Shown piece by piece: positions 22,086-33,626 of a DNA stretch of 64,000 bases. Location of the stretch: positions 1,674,001 to 1,738,000 of the forward strand of contig BROI01000001.1 of NCBI GenBank assembly GCA_027923505.1, given 5' to 3'. A program made the position numbers and the translations under genes. How positions within the stretch are numbered: position 1 is the stretch's first letter; each line of letters opens with the position of its first letter. Under the pieces are notes generated by a model. The model saw only the letters and a list, made by a program, of their open reading frames with translations, searched no databases and was not told the DNA's origin. This stretch comes from Mayamaea pseudoterrestris (Eukaryota).

Positions 22086-24167
22086 TCATGTTGTTCCGGT
22101 AGGTGGCGTTGCCGAAGTCATCCATGCGGGCGTCGACGAAACCATGTTCCTCTGCCAAGTCGTCAAAGCGATGATTAAACTCAAGTTCTTCTTCGTTCCA
22201 TTCATTATCCAACTCCGCCGGATCCCAAAGGGTGTCCGCAGAGAAAATGACCGTGACATTTCAACTCTATCGTCCGTGGGGACGTATGCCATACGAGGCA
22301 AGCCGTCACGGATCGCCAAGGGGATGGTCTTGCCACAACTGGTGACAATGGCTTGTGCTCCATTCTGGGAGTGAGCGACGTCGTCGATCAGATGGCCGAA
22401 CGAACGAAGCTGCGATGGAGCATGAATGGATTCAGCACCGTCGTACAAAGCATACTGGTTGAACTGACCAATAATGGGTCCAGTCCGAGTCTCAATCAAT
22501 GCGACGCCAGTTCCGACTTGGAGGTCGCGAACCGTGTGGTCGCTCAAACCTGTCACGTTACACGTGTGGTTGGTAGTACTCAAGATTCTCATATCGCTTC
22601 CAGCGAGTCCACCGTTCGCACCGCCGTCAATCAGCGATCCTTGGCGGGTCTCGTTGCTGCGAGCTCGATTCACAGTGTAGCGCACCGATACCATTGCGCG
22701 GTACCGACGGCCGTCGCTTCCCATAAACTCTTGCTGGGTGTTATTCGCAGCTTGAGTGCGAGACGACGCGGCGTTCGCAAGGAAAGATCTAATCATGTCA
22801 TCCGGTGCACCTTGAGTGGCTGTCGTCGGGGCGATCGAGACAGCGTCATTCTGATACAAGATTGTACCAGGCACCGAGGCAGCCGCTTGTGACTGCTGGT
22901 TATTCGCACGGTTGCCATTGTTCGCGCGTCTTGTAGTGGCGGGTCTTGGGACGGCTTCGCGTCGAGCCATGAGCTGAGCGTATTCGTCCTCGTTAAGTCG
23001 GCCGAGTCGTTCATACGACATGTACGACCAGGGGTTCTGCAACAACTGTTCAAAGTTCAGATAATCGCCAGGGAATCGTTCCCGATGCGCTTGCGTACCG
23101 GCTGCTGGTAGTGGCGCGGAAGAGCCTCGTCCTCCGGAACCGCGGCTCACTTGGGAACCGCGTCCACCGTCTCGTCCACCGCCGCGTCCGCCTTGGCCGC
23201 CGCGTCCTCCGCCGCGACCGGAACCGCGTCCATTACCACGTCCTTGCCCGGAAGTGTTCGCGTTGTTCGCTTGGCGGTCGGCGTTCTTCTTGCCCTTGTT
23301 CAGCTTGGCGTTCTTGTTGTCGACGCGCAGAGCCTGCTGCGACAACATGTCGAAAAGATAGTCATAATCTTCCGTTAAGACGGCATCTGGGTCACCGTTT
23401 GCGTTGATGATGCGTCGTCGTTCAAATAACAAGTGCTGGTCGAACGTCGTGCACGTGGGGCCGAATTCTTCGTCACCCTCCACTGCAGCTCGGAGCCAGT
23501 AGTACTTCTTCTTGTCATCCGTCACTCCAGGACGGAACTCTTCGAGATTCTTCATGAGCTGTTCGATGTAGTTTAGGAACTTGTAGTGCCCTTTCGTCCA
23601 GGTCGAATCTAGGCGAATCGTCGCAAGCTTGGCTTGCAGTTCGTTCGCTTGGATGGTAGCTAACTCGCCGGAACCAAACTTGGTCGCGAGTTCGCGATAG
23701 ACGCTCTGAGCGTCAGACTTGTCGCCGTACTTCATTAGGAGCGACTGGTATCCAGGGACTTCGAGACAATTGCGAAACGCAGTGTACATGAAGATTTGCT
23801 GATTCTCGAACTCTTCCTTCTCTTGTTCCGTGACTGGTACGTACTTGCTGTCGAGCACGTTAGAACAGCCATGGAGCTTGGCGATTGCCTTGGTAGACGC
23901 GCTCCAACTCAACCACGCGTGGGGATGTTGGAACGTTTTGTAGTCCTTGTAGTCTCGCTTCGTCTTGAGGTTCGAGAAACGACCCTTGGCATCTTCTTCC
24001 TTTTCGGCCTTCTCAGCCTTGATGGTCTCATTTTCGAGTTGCTTGGCAAGTAGCTCGGCTTGCTTCTTCTTGGACTCGAGGACGTAGCGTCCTTCTTCAC
24101 GCTTTCGACCGACTTCTTGTTCGGCGAGTTTCTCTTGGAATCGCTCGAGCTTGCCTAAATCAAGCAA
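22086..24167 (-). CDS. Family-1 Gag-protease portion of the polyprotein (5'-truncated)
   Basis: 693-aa ORF with a capsid-like helical region, an RGG-rich tract and the aspartic protease motif LIDGGANGG. Confidence 0.88.
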   Translation of the reverse strand: MLDLGKLERFQEKLAEQEVGRKREEGRYVLESKKKQAELLAKQLENETIKAEKAEKEEDAKGRFSNLKTKRDYKDYKTFQHPHAWLSWSASTKAIAKLHGCSNVLDSKYVPVTEQEKEEFENQQIFMYTAFRNCLEVPGYQSLLMKYGDKSDAQSVYRELATKFGSGELATIQANELQAKLATIRLDSTWTKGHYKFLNYIEQLMKNLEEFRPGVTDDKKKYYWLRAAVEGDEEFGPTCTTFDQHLLFERRRIINANGDPDAVLTEDYDYLFDMLSQQALRVDNKNAKLNKGKKNADRQANNANTSGQGRGNGRGSGRGGGRGGQGGRGGGRDGGRGSQVSRGSGGRGSSAPLPAAGTQAHRERFPGDYLNFEQLLQNPWSYMSYERLGRLNEDEYAQLMARREAVPRPATTRRANNGNRANNQQSQAAASVPGTILYQNDAVSIAPTTATQGAPDDMIRSFLANAASSRTQAANNTQQEFMGSDGRRYRAMVSVRYTVNRARSNETRQGSLIDGGANGGLAGSDMRILSTTNHTCNVTGLSDHTVRDLQVGTGVALIETRTGPIIGQFNQYALYDGAESIHAPSQLRSFGHLIDDVAHSQNGAQAIVTSCGKTIPLAIRDGLPRMAYVPTDDRVEMSRSFSLRTPFGIRRSWIMNGTKKNLSLIIALTTWQRNMVSSTPAWMTSATPPTGTT

Positions 24168-24168
24168 C

Positions 24169-26516
24169 GCGACAGAGGTTGTGACAGAGGACTGTTTGCA
24201 TACTCCGGTTTAGCTATGGACTCCAAACCATCTCAAGGATTAGACAATCCTCCCTTCTAAGCTCTCTACAACTCCAAGGGATACTTGAGAGCTGTAGCTC
24301 AGGTTTAGTAGCATAGCTGGCCTTGGGTAAATCTTCATATAAATATTCTTCTTTACCACCGTTCATCATCTCAATCTCTCACTCTGAATTCAGAAACTCA
24401 AGTGTTGGGTTGGAGAACGACAAGCACAAGAGGATCTCTTCACACAGTGCTAACAACAAAGCGGCTGATAGCCATTGTATTAATCAAATCATCCGTCCAA
24501 AAAAGGACAGGAAAGGACAAGCTCCTCAATCAACGAACGCCAACATGCGAAGCCCCCCATTTCACATACGAACATCATACAAAATGAATCACTAAACGAA
24601 CCAACCATGGCGAGGCCATCGCACAAAAGCAAACAAACTATTGAACAACAATGAACGGTGACACCATCGTACACAACTGACAATGGTGAGGCCATTGCAC
24701 ATCATACAACAACAATAGCAATTGAACAATCGCGACAAAAACCAACGACCAACGACTGATGGCGACGCCATCATACAAGAGCAAACGAACAACCAACAAT
24801 GGCGTTGCCATTGTACAAACGAAGAACAATCAAACGCGAATGGTGATACCATCACATGAACGAACAATGGCGACGCCATCATTGATCAGAACAACAATGA
24901 ATTACCTGTCGACTGGCGACGCCATCGAACAGCAACAACAACCGAAATGGCGATGCCATCATTACATCAACAATCAACAGCGCCATTGAACATGGAACAA
25001 GAAAAGAACTCAATTTGCTCTGATGAGCAGCAAAACTGAAACGACAAAGGCTGAAACGCCTCGACGTCAAATGAAATTGAATGCGCGATTGGAGACTCGC
25101 AGCGCTCACTGCGACGCCGTTGCAAAGCAACTAACAATAATTGCATAGCAGATGCTACACCCATAACAATAAACTGAACGGCGAGTTTTGACAGCATACC
25201 ACCACTGCAAGAAGCAGAAGAACAAACAAACGAATGATGCGCTGCATCCAATACACAACACTGTGAAGGGTCGCACACGACAAACATATAGAATACACAA
25301 GCAACGAGGTTCGCCACACAACAGCACACACACCACAAAGATATGTCGCCATTACAACAACAAACAAAGCTCAAACCAGCAGAAAGCAGGCACCTAAACC
25401 GAACCACAAACAATCATGACCAACCAGTGCATCAGATGAACTCTCCTGCATCGTCTCCGCCCTTCTTCTCTCGTGGAGGTGGAAGCCGTGGTTTCTTTGA
25501 CTCTAGGGGAAACAGATGAGTCAGAGGTTGCGCTCTATGAATTGGAATAACCGTATTACAGCATCTCCAGGTGAGAGATCAAATACATGAAGCAACACAC
25601 ATATCCAGCCAGCAAACCGCTCATCTCGTGCGAAGCATTGAATAAGACAAAGGTACAACTTGCAAAAGCAAGGCATAGCCATCAGCATGCACTGTAAGAG
25701 CTGAGGACGTATATAAAAGGCAAATCCAAACATAACAGCATGCTACGGCACAAATTCGCGAAACAAAACAAACCAGAAGGTACCGATACACCGCTCGAGC
25801 AGTACAGCCTATGCATTGCTACACAAGACATTTATTGCGCCGCAAACAACGCATCCCTTTGCCTTCCAACTGATATGTTGGCGAACAACATACATGAGTG
25901 AGGCTCTACCAATGGTCTACTGCCACAAAAGAGGCACACAAGCAGCTCTGCTTATAAAGGTTCACAGTCACAACAAGCACCACGTCATGCCATGGCATCT
26001 TAAACAATCATGCGCTCCTGCTTGGGAGTAAGGGGTTTCTGACTTTCCCTAGAATCTTCCTAAATACGGTTGTCAACCGTCGGCATTTTTTTTCCTTTTT
26101 TTACCCTCCTTGAGAAGGACATACCGCGTCTCCACATTCGAGATTACGGCCAATTTTTTTACCAAACTCTTTGAATCCAAGAATAACAGCGTGTCTGTCC
26201 CCAGGCAGTCTGCCACCTTTAGATTACAAAGATTTAAGGCTTGTTGAGCAAGAGAACCACAAGCGCTTCCTCTGTTGGGGGAGAGTGTTAGAACCGTACC
26301 GTTGCGACAGAGGTTGTGACAGAGGACTGTTCGCATACTCCGGTTTAGCTATGGACTCCAAACCATCTCCAGGATTAGACAATCCTCCCTTCAAAGCTCT
26401 CTACAACTCCAAGTGATACTTGAGAGCTGTAGCTCAGGTTTAGTAGCATAGCTGGCCTTGGGTAAATCATCATATAAATATTCTTCTTTACCACCATTCA
26501 TCATCTCGATCTCTCA
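24169..26516 (+). mobile_element. Non-coding LTR-like (TRIM/LARD-like) element with a truncated left repeat
   Basis: A 213-bp direct repeat at 24169-24381 and 26304-26516 ends in ...TCTCA and contains TATAAATA. The right copy may extend left to ~26040-26070, after a purine run GGGAGTAAGGGG. The interior is A/C-rich with no credible ORF. Confidence 0.6.
24600..24995 (+). repeat. Array of ~10 degenerate ATGGCG-A-CGCCAT palindromes in AAC-rich spacers
   Basis: Examples: ATGGCGAGGCCAT (~24607), ATGGCGACGCCAT (24759, ~24867), ATGGCGTTGCCAT (~24799), ATGGTGATACCAT (~24840), ATGGCGATGCCAT (~24947). Confidence 0.75.
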
Positions 26517-26846
26517 GCCGCATCTGTGTCGCTCTGGGACTGATTCTCACCACATCGACAATGCAGGTGCGACGAAAACGCCAATTTTCGGACGACCACA
26601 CACAGGCCATCACCTACATCACTACATCACCTTGTGACTACTATGGTATGCCTACCTGTGTACTTTTGTTCCATCAAGACTTGTTGCTGCATAACATAAC
26701 ACCTTCAAACACTTTATTTGTTATTTATTCCATAGAACTCTGACAAATCGAAAGCCCCATTTGGTGGAACAGGCAACGAATCCAGTGGCGATGGACAAGC
26801 TGCTCAAGACCAGGTCTTTTGGAGCTCAAGTCTGCAATGCACAGAT

Positions 26847-28930
26847 ATGCGCTCTCGCTCAGTGCTCATTTACAAAAAGTCCATTTGTCCTTTTGCGCCA
26901 AGACCCACCAAAAATGCCTCCACACTATTTATCGACTGCTTCAAGCTGCAGAAAAAGAAAGCCAAAACTGAAGTTATGTGCGGAAACTCCCATTCCCCAT
27001 TGAGCAACAAAAGTTTATGTCGGTATGTTGAGAAAATGGCAGCACCCAAACCATCAACAGTGAATGCCCCAGAATCAGGTGACAAGCTTTTCTGTCATCA
27101 TCACCAATCCACATCACGGAATGGCACTCAAATCATGAATCAGAAAGGAAATCATTTGCCCAAGATTTGGACAAAAGGAGACTTTGCTGTGGAGGATGCA
27201 GTATTCGAAGACAAAAAATATGCGCCTGGTTATGTCCAGTGCATTGGCTGCCAACGCATGGTGTGCTCTCTTTGCTGGAAGCGCATCCTGGCAGTAATGC
27301 GATCCTATCCAGCACTGGCCAAACTTATGGAGAATCACCCCGAGACTGCTGCCATGGACTCCTTTATACTACACACTCCATGTCAAGGCAACCCTGGTAT
27401 GACCGTCGTCAAATTCACGAAAGTGGACTCACTTTGTTGTATGTCATGTGAACACAAGGAAGTATTGAAGCTACTGCCTGACAACTCACAAGTTAAGAAG
27501 ATAAGACTCAAGCTTGTGTGTGGGCCCAACACACTGTGAGCAATCATATTTAACCCATTGCTTGTTACTATTCTTCAGAAGCAAGCCCGCGAACGTATAC
27601 CCTCAACAGTTAGGTTGGATGGAACTATGGGCATTATCCATTGTAATGTTGCTGTGGGGTCGGCCTGCGATCCAATGATTATTGACATCATTGGCCTTGC
27701 CAGGGACTTTGATGACAAGCTGGAGGCTCCATATCATTGTGTAACCTCGCCAGAGGATGCCAGAGTTCTGGAGGATGACAATGTTGTGTCAAATTCTCAT
27801 CAACTTGAAGGGGTAATATGTGACATGGAAATAGAAAATATCTGCAATCCAGTTGGTCCAAAAAACAAGTCAAGGCCATGGTGTTTGTTGTGCAACCAAA
27901 CGCTCACTATGATTGCCTACCAGTGGGGTCTGGTTTGTGCTATCTAAAGGATCGAGAAGTTATGAGTCAGACTACTATATGGCCATCGCTGGAGATTGTT
28001 GGCCAGGCAGTCGCGTGGAACGTTGATGTACTCATACCTCATACTCTTGTATGAAGGCAAGGCTGGAATGCATTCCCTCTACACCATGCGTTTCATTGAT
28101 AAACGTTGGAGGATACCATTACCCAAAGATAAAGATGAAAGTGACACCCTTCTCCGAGAGCTGCATGAATCATCCTTAAGCTGTATCTCAAAAGCCGGCT
28201 GAAAAGCTCATTGACTAGGAGGTAGTGGTGGTAAGGCTGACATGAGTCATGATATTATCCGTTTTCATTTGTCATACTTGTCATCGACACCAAGGCAAAC
28301 ATCATGCATGAGAATTGTGCCAATTCCAGATAGTTGTCTGTTTGTGGATATCTACTCGTCACCATACAGCCCTGATGGAAAAGAAGTTGGTTTTGAACAT
28401 GGGACTCCTCACAAAGGAGGCCAGATAGATATGACTTCTCAAAAAGCTCAGAAGTTGTTGGATAAGTTTGAACCAATATTTCTGGCACCAATGGAGGCTA
28501 AAATTGATGCGCACATATCATTGATGCCATCTCTCAGACTTGGAAAATCACCCCACAGGCTAATCAAGCCCAGCTTGAGCACTATGAACAAGCCATTGAG
28601 TCGGCGACGAAAATAGGTGCTACAGTTGGATCTGAAGCATACCGTGGTGTAATTCTTAGACACTGTGTAGAGCGCTGTGCCACATCGATAGTTTGTCATG
28701 CAATGGGTTTGCATGCAGATACTTCAAAGTCAAACACTGAGAGTCCATCATTCCTCGAATGTAAATGCATGTTTCCTGTATACTCATATGCTACAGAAAA
28801 AGGGTTTACAGCTGTTGGTCGCGGTGGCTATGGTTATGGTGTATGTTTTTGGAATGGTTGATCACATGGCTTCTGCTGGGTCCATTGTTTGTCATGTTCA
28901 ACCCCGCAATCGAGGACAACACCTCTAGTA
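26847..28930 (+). pseudogene. Fragmented gene with a Cys-rich (possibly Zn-binding) region, function unknown
   Basis: Successive plus-strand ORFs. CIGC..VCSLC and CCMSCEH motifs occur in 26847-27539. Scattered stops; CpG-poor. Confidence 0.4.
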
Positions 28931-28989
28931 CCTTATCCTATACAACATACTAACTTGATCATTTGATAGCTACTTCCTCAATCAAACAA

Positions 28990-30600
28990 TACTCATTGTG
29001 GCTGTATTCACTGCACACCAGCCTGCTTTTTGGCCCTGTCACTCCACTTCAAACCACTTTAGCTTTGCCTGGCTGTAGTGAATGCTGCCTCCCTGGAGGA
29101 GGAAAATATTGCCCAGCCACAGGCACTGGCGGAGCGGAAGGAGCATAATGGGCACCAAACGTACGCGCTGAGGGAGCCGGCGAAGGGCTAGTCAGTGGGT
29201 CATTCATATGCATCTGTTCATTGTTTTGCTTCTTCTTTTTCTTGTTGACTGCTCCATTAACATTACTCATTGTTGCTGTATTCGCCTCCGCTCTCGTGCT
29301 GTTTGGCTGGCTAGCAGCAACATTCTGCACAACAGCCTGCTTTGTAGTGGCACTCGCCAAAGACGACCCGTTCAATCCACCCCAAGCTGATTTAGCTTTG
29401 CCAGGCTGTATTGCACTTGCTGGGGGAGCCAACGAAGGGCTAGCGGCAAAGCTTCGCATTGCAGCCAAGGGACTACCAGTAGGTGTGCGCAGCTTCAGTG
29501 TTCAAGGAAACATTCCTCATCCTTTTCAAATGATCCATATAGCTTAATGCCTTTGCAGATGCATAATGATCTGGACAAGACTGGACGAGCCCCGGAATGA
29601 AGCTCCAAAAGTAATTGTCTGCCTATCCATTGTCAAACCGTGAGGCCACATGATCGACGAAAGCCTCTGACTCCAGCTCCCCAGTGACAAACTCTCGCGT
29701 GAACTTTTTGAGTAGTTTAAACTTAATTGCACCCATGGCGGCCTTCATATCTTTGATGGTAGCAACATCACTCGCTGTCGGTGCGTTTGCCATATGCATC
29801 TTAGCCTTGGGGTGTGGCTGTGATGACACTGGTGGCGCTGCAAAGTCTTGCTCACTGCTGAATGACGGTGGAGCCTTTTTGGTCAATGGCTGCAGGTTTG
29901 TTTGGTTCACTGAGGATGCGTATGGCGGCGCGGGGTTACCACCCAAAGATGGAAACATGTCCACTGACAATGACAATGGCATTGAATTCATCTTTTTCAT
30001 CAAGGCATTTGCCGATGAGTAGCTAGGTTGTGGCGGTCCCATGCTGGGCCAAGCGAGGAAAATTATTGGATGAAAAACTTGATACGTTAACACCTCGAGA
30101 TGTTGATTGTCCTGATACCAGAGAAGAAGCTACAGGAGTAACCTGGCCGTGGTGTTTGCTGCCACTGCATTGTATCCATTACTACCTGTGCCAACCATAC
30201 TCCTTCCAGCCCCAATGCGATTGACCCTGACCCCAGCCTGTAGCTTGGCTGCCTTGGGTTTAGCAGCTGCTGGTAACGTCGGAAAGTCCTCCACCATCAC
30301 TGCTCCAGCTTGCTTGACTCTAGCCGCCAGGTTAATTGAAGTGCCATTGGTCCATCCCATGCGTAACTGCTGTGACGACTGCGCAGTTGCTGCAGCCGCT
30401 TCTTCGTTGCTTGCTTGCAGCATTGGAAAGGCTTCATCCTCTCAATGCGACAAATCCATATTGTCCCGCATGGCAGCTGCCAATACTCGTAGCTCTGCAG
30501 TTCGTTCAATGTGCCGCGGGTGCAAGGCCAATTCACCCTGCAAGGCTGGAAGTGCCGCCGGCACAAAGGCTTCTCCATCCAGTCCATAGTCAAAATCACT
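28990..30600 (-). pseudogene. ZNF598/Hel2-like C-terminal fragment with premature stops
   Basis: Low-complexity region with repeated acidic-FPxL motifs (EAFPML, EDFPTL, DMFPSL), then a helical block KFKLLKKFTREFVTGELESEAFVDHV...FIPGLVQSCPD. In-frame stops; no RING region seen. Confidence 0.45.
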
Positions 30601-31319
30601 GTTATCAGGAACGTGTTGATTGTTTGGACAAAGTCATTATTTGCAAATGCCGCACTCGAAACTGACGTGTCGACTGCTGCAGCAATCTAATAATATGGCA
30701 AATGATGGACACATATTCCCGCAGGTTTGCGCAACAGCAATCACTGCCGACAACTTCTATAGTTCCCACCAGCCTAGCAATGGCTGTCTTGGGTGGGTGG
30801 TGATGCAGCGTGAGTGTCATGTGGCAAATGCTGTGCTGGTAGCAAAATTATGAGGGAAACACTGGTAAGCGAGGCGAGCATGGTCAATCACCTGCCGGTA
30901 GCTTATCGAACATGATTGCATGCTTGCAATGCGCTTCGCTCCCGTAAAAACTCAATACATCAAAAGTACCTGCTAGGCATCTCGCCTCTGCAGCGACGAT
31001 GCGACGACCTTTCCAGCTGCTTGTGTCGGGCATTATAAATTCGAAGCACAAATGTAAATCATATACCGTTTGAAGTTACACAGCATGTCATGATATACTT
31101 AATAACAAATTTTGTTGCGTTGAAGGGATACGTTGTCGCGTGGATTCATTCCATTGAAATGAAAGCATCTACTAGACTGATCTACATTTAGTAAAAAATG
31201 TGACACATACCCATCAACTATTTACATTCATGCATGAAACATATAAAAACTATTATTCTCAGATTCACTTTCTCGTTGCTCCAGCTCAGATTCCAGCTCC
31301 AGTCGAAAATAAATAACGC

Positions 31320-32270
31320 TCAACGCGGCGGCACCGTCACGAACGTAGTCAACCCCGTTGACTCGCTCGCTGTAATCTTCAAATCACCAAATCCCTTGAT
31401 CAGCTTGACTATTCCGTGATTGGCTTCCGTCAGTGACTTTGCCTTGGCCACTTTCGTCGCAGCCTCGTATCGAAAGAGTGAATCGCAAGTGAGCGCCTTT
31501 TTGAAGCGATTGCCTTGGGCGTCTTGACACTTGATCAAAACACAATCCTCCGACGCCACCACCTTTAAGACTCCGTTTCCAAGCTGCTGAATTTCCAGTG
31601 TTGGTGGCGTTGGTTTCTTGGGAGTAATGTGGATTGTTTGCTTGCTGCCTTGCTTGGACGTAAATGTGACTGTCAGCTTGCCCTTGCCGTAAAAATTGTA
31701 AACGGCGCCGAGTCGCGAATTCTTCTTCTTTTCCACCCAGGAAGCTCCCAATTGGTCGGATTCTCGGTATCGAAACAATGTTCCAGCTGTGACGGGCTTG
31801 AACTTGTGGTGTCGCTCGTCGACCGCCGTCACCTTGATGCTTGAATGTGACGTTGCGGCATCGGCCATGTCGGGTATTTGGTAGAGACCAGGTTCCGCCT
31901 CGAGCTCCTCCATGGACAGCGGCTGCAATTCTTCCTTCTTCTTTTTGATGCGCAGCAGCTCCGACAGTTTTCTTCCATCAGGAAGTATATCGAAATACTT
32001 CTTTTTTGTATGCATACTCACATCCAAATCCTTACTCTTGTTGCACACTCCGACATGTTCCGCATACGCACTCTTCATGCACGCATGACTGCAGTACCAG
32101 ACCATTTTGCATCGGGCGCACTGCATGGGCATGGGGTACTCGTCGTCCTCCTTGGCGCAGTTGTGACAAATGTAGCTGCGGCCGTCGTTGCCGCCTTCGG
32201 AAACCTCCTTGACGGCGTCGAGCTCGCGAATGGAGGCGACGGCGTCCATCAAGCGGCGACTTGATGACAT
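31320..32270 (-). CDS. MYND zinc-finger protein, 316 aa, single exon
   Basis: CHNC-x12-CARC-x3-WYCSHAC-x7-H-x3-C fits the MYND consensus. The ORF is intact with an A-rich start context. Confidence 0.8.
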   Translation of the reverse strand: MSSSRRLMDAVASIRELDAVKEVSEGGNDGRSYICHNCAKEDDEYPMPMQCARCKMVWYCSHACMKSAYAEHVGVCNKSKDLDVSMHTKKKYFDILPDGRKLSELLRIKKKKEELQPLSMEELEAEPGLYQIPDMADAATSHSSIKVTAVDERHHKFKPVTAGTLFRYRESDQLGASWVEKKKNSRLGAVYNFYGKGKLTVTFTSKQGSKQTIHITPKKPTPPTLEIQQLGNGVLKVVASEDCVLIKCQDAQGNRFKKALTCDSLFRYEAATKVAKAKSLTEANHGIVKLIKGFGDLKITASESTGLTTFVTVPPR

Positions 32271-33602
32271 TGTGATATTATTGTTTTATTGTATATAGAG
32301 GCAGTTGAAATGTTGGCGATAATATTGTTCTTGCTGCTACGAGCCGAGTGTTTTGTCTGCCTGCAGACATTTTGGAACTCGAGGTCGAGTCTTGGGTGCG
32401 AGAAGGCTCTCGCTGTTCCGGCGCGGCGCAGCGTTGACACGTCATCGAGTAAGTACCGGACCGACAATTCACGGTTTCGATTGGCGAGCGTCACCATGGC
32501 GCGCCGTGCTGGAAGAAATCCGTCGGCTGTCATACGGCGAGTTCAAAGCAGCTGCAGTTGTCAGAAGTTGGCATTCTCGTCCATTCTTGTTTCTGCTTCC
32601 ACTTCTTCAATTTTAATAGCGACCTTGTTCACGGCCAAACGATCAAACGATGCGATGATGTTTCTTCCAGCGCGCATGTCGAACGAAGGGCTTCTACCCT
32701 TTTGCAAGTCATTGTTTACTGGTGAATACGGCTGGCATTGCATCGGAACGTAGCATGCCAATGACGAATCTCTTTGCTTGATCATCATTTCGGCTTGTTC
32801 TATTTTTGGTCTGGCCGTCTCGATTCGACGCTGGCACACGGTGATGCCAAGGTCGTCTGCATTCTGCATGCATTACCTGGCTCGCAACGACAGTCCTTTT
32901 GCTTGTCCAAACCCTCATGCAGCAGCTTACACTCGGCACGACTAGCCCATTGCATCCTGAGCAAGTAATATCATAGGAACGATCCTATCTTGTGCTCGAT
33001 AGTGTGCTCGCGCGCCCTATCCATTGGCAACTGGTGCAGTGCATTGCTGGCGACGGTATTGATAAAGTTGCTGCGATGGAATGAAGAAACGATCACTCTG
33101 GACTGCCTATTCTGCAATGTACTGGAATCCACGAGGCTTGCTTGCGACAGGCGCACCTTTCGGATTGTTTACGAATTTGCGGAAGACACGTCGGATGCTT
33201 TTTGGACAATGCATATTGCTCTCGAAGCCTTCTTGTTGCGACACACTCGCACTATCAAAACCATGCAGGCGCGCAAGCACTGCCCGCGTATGTGGCATGA
33301 ACGAATGGTGTTACAGAATTACATCAGGCTGAGAGCCTCGGGGAGCAATGAATACGAGTGTCAGAGCTTCGGCTAGTTGTTGTCGCTTGACCGCACACGG
33401 CCTTGCCCACGGCGAGCTGCTGCTTTCTCGTTTTGCATCTTGGTGGAAATGCTCATTGGCATGCATATGCGCAATGATTGCAGTAGACATGTCAAGATGA
33501 AGGCTTGTTGATGGTTTGCGACTCGCAACAATGAGCAACTGTCCAGGTTGCCATGCACTTGCTGTTTGGCGATTTCTCGTTGACGCATGCCTTCCTACAA
33601 TA

Positions 33603-33626
33603 ACGACGACGACGACGACGACGACG
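33603..33626 (+). repeat. (ACG)8 microsatellite
   Basis: Read directly from the sequence. Confidence 0.9.

Larger units (their letters stand above)
15340..24167 (-). mobile_element. Family-1 copia, copy B; 5'-truncated, with a nested family-2 element
   Basis: 3' LTR at 15340-15668, PPT, RNase H at 15680-16200 and RT up to 16632. It resumes at 20124 through RT, integrase, protease and gag (22086-24167), where it is cut off. Confidence 0.9.

Noticed and set aside
24382..24396. tRNA-Gln-like PBS after the third LTR-like repeat (CTCTGAATTCAGAA)
   Set aside because: It is a short palindrome with ambiguous orientation and no second family to corroborate it.
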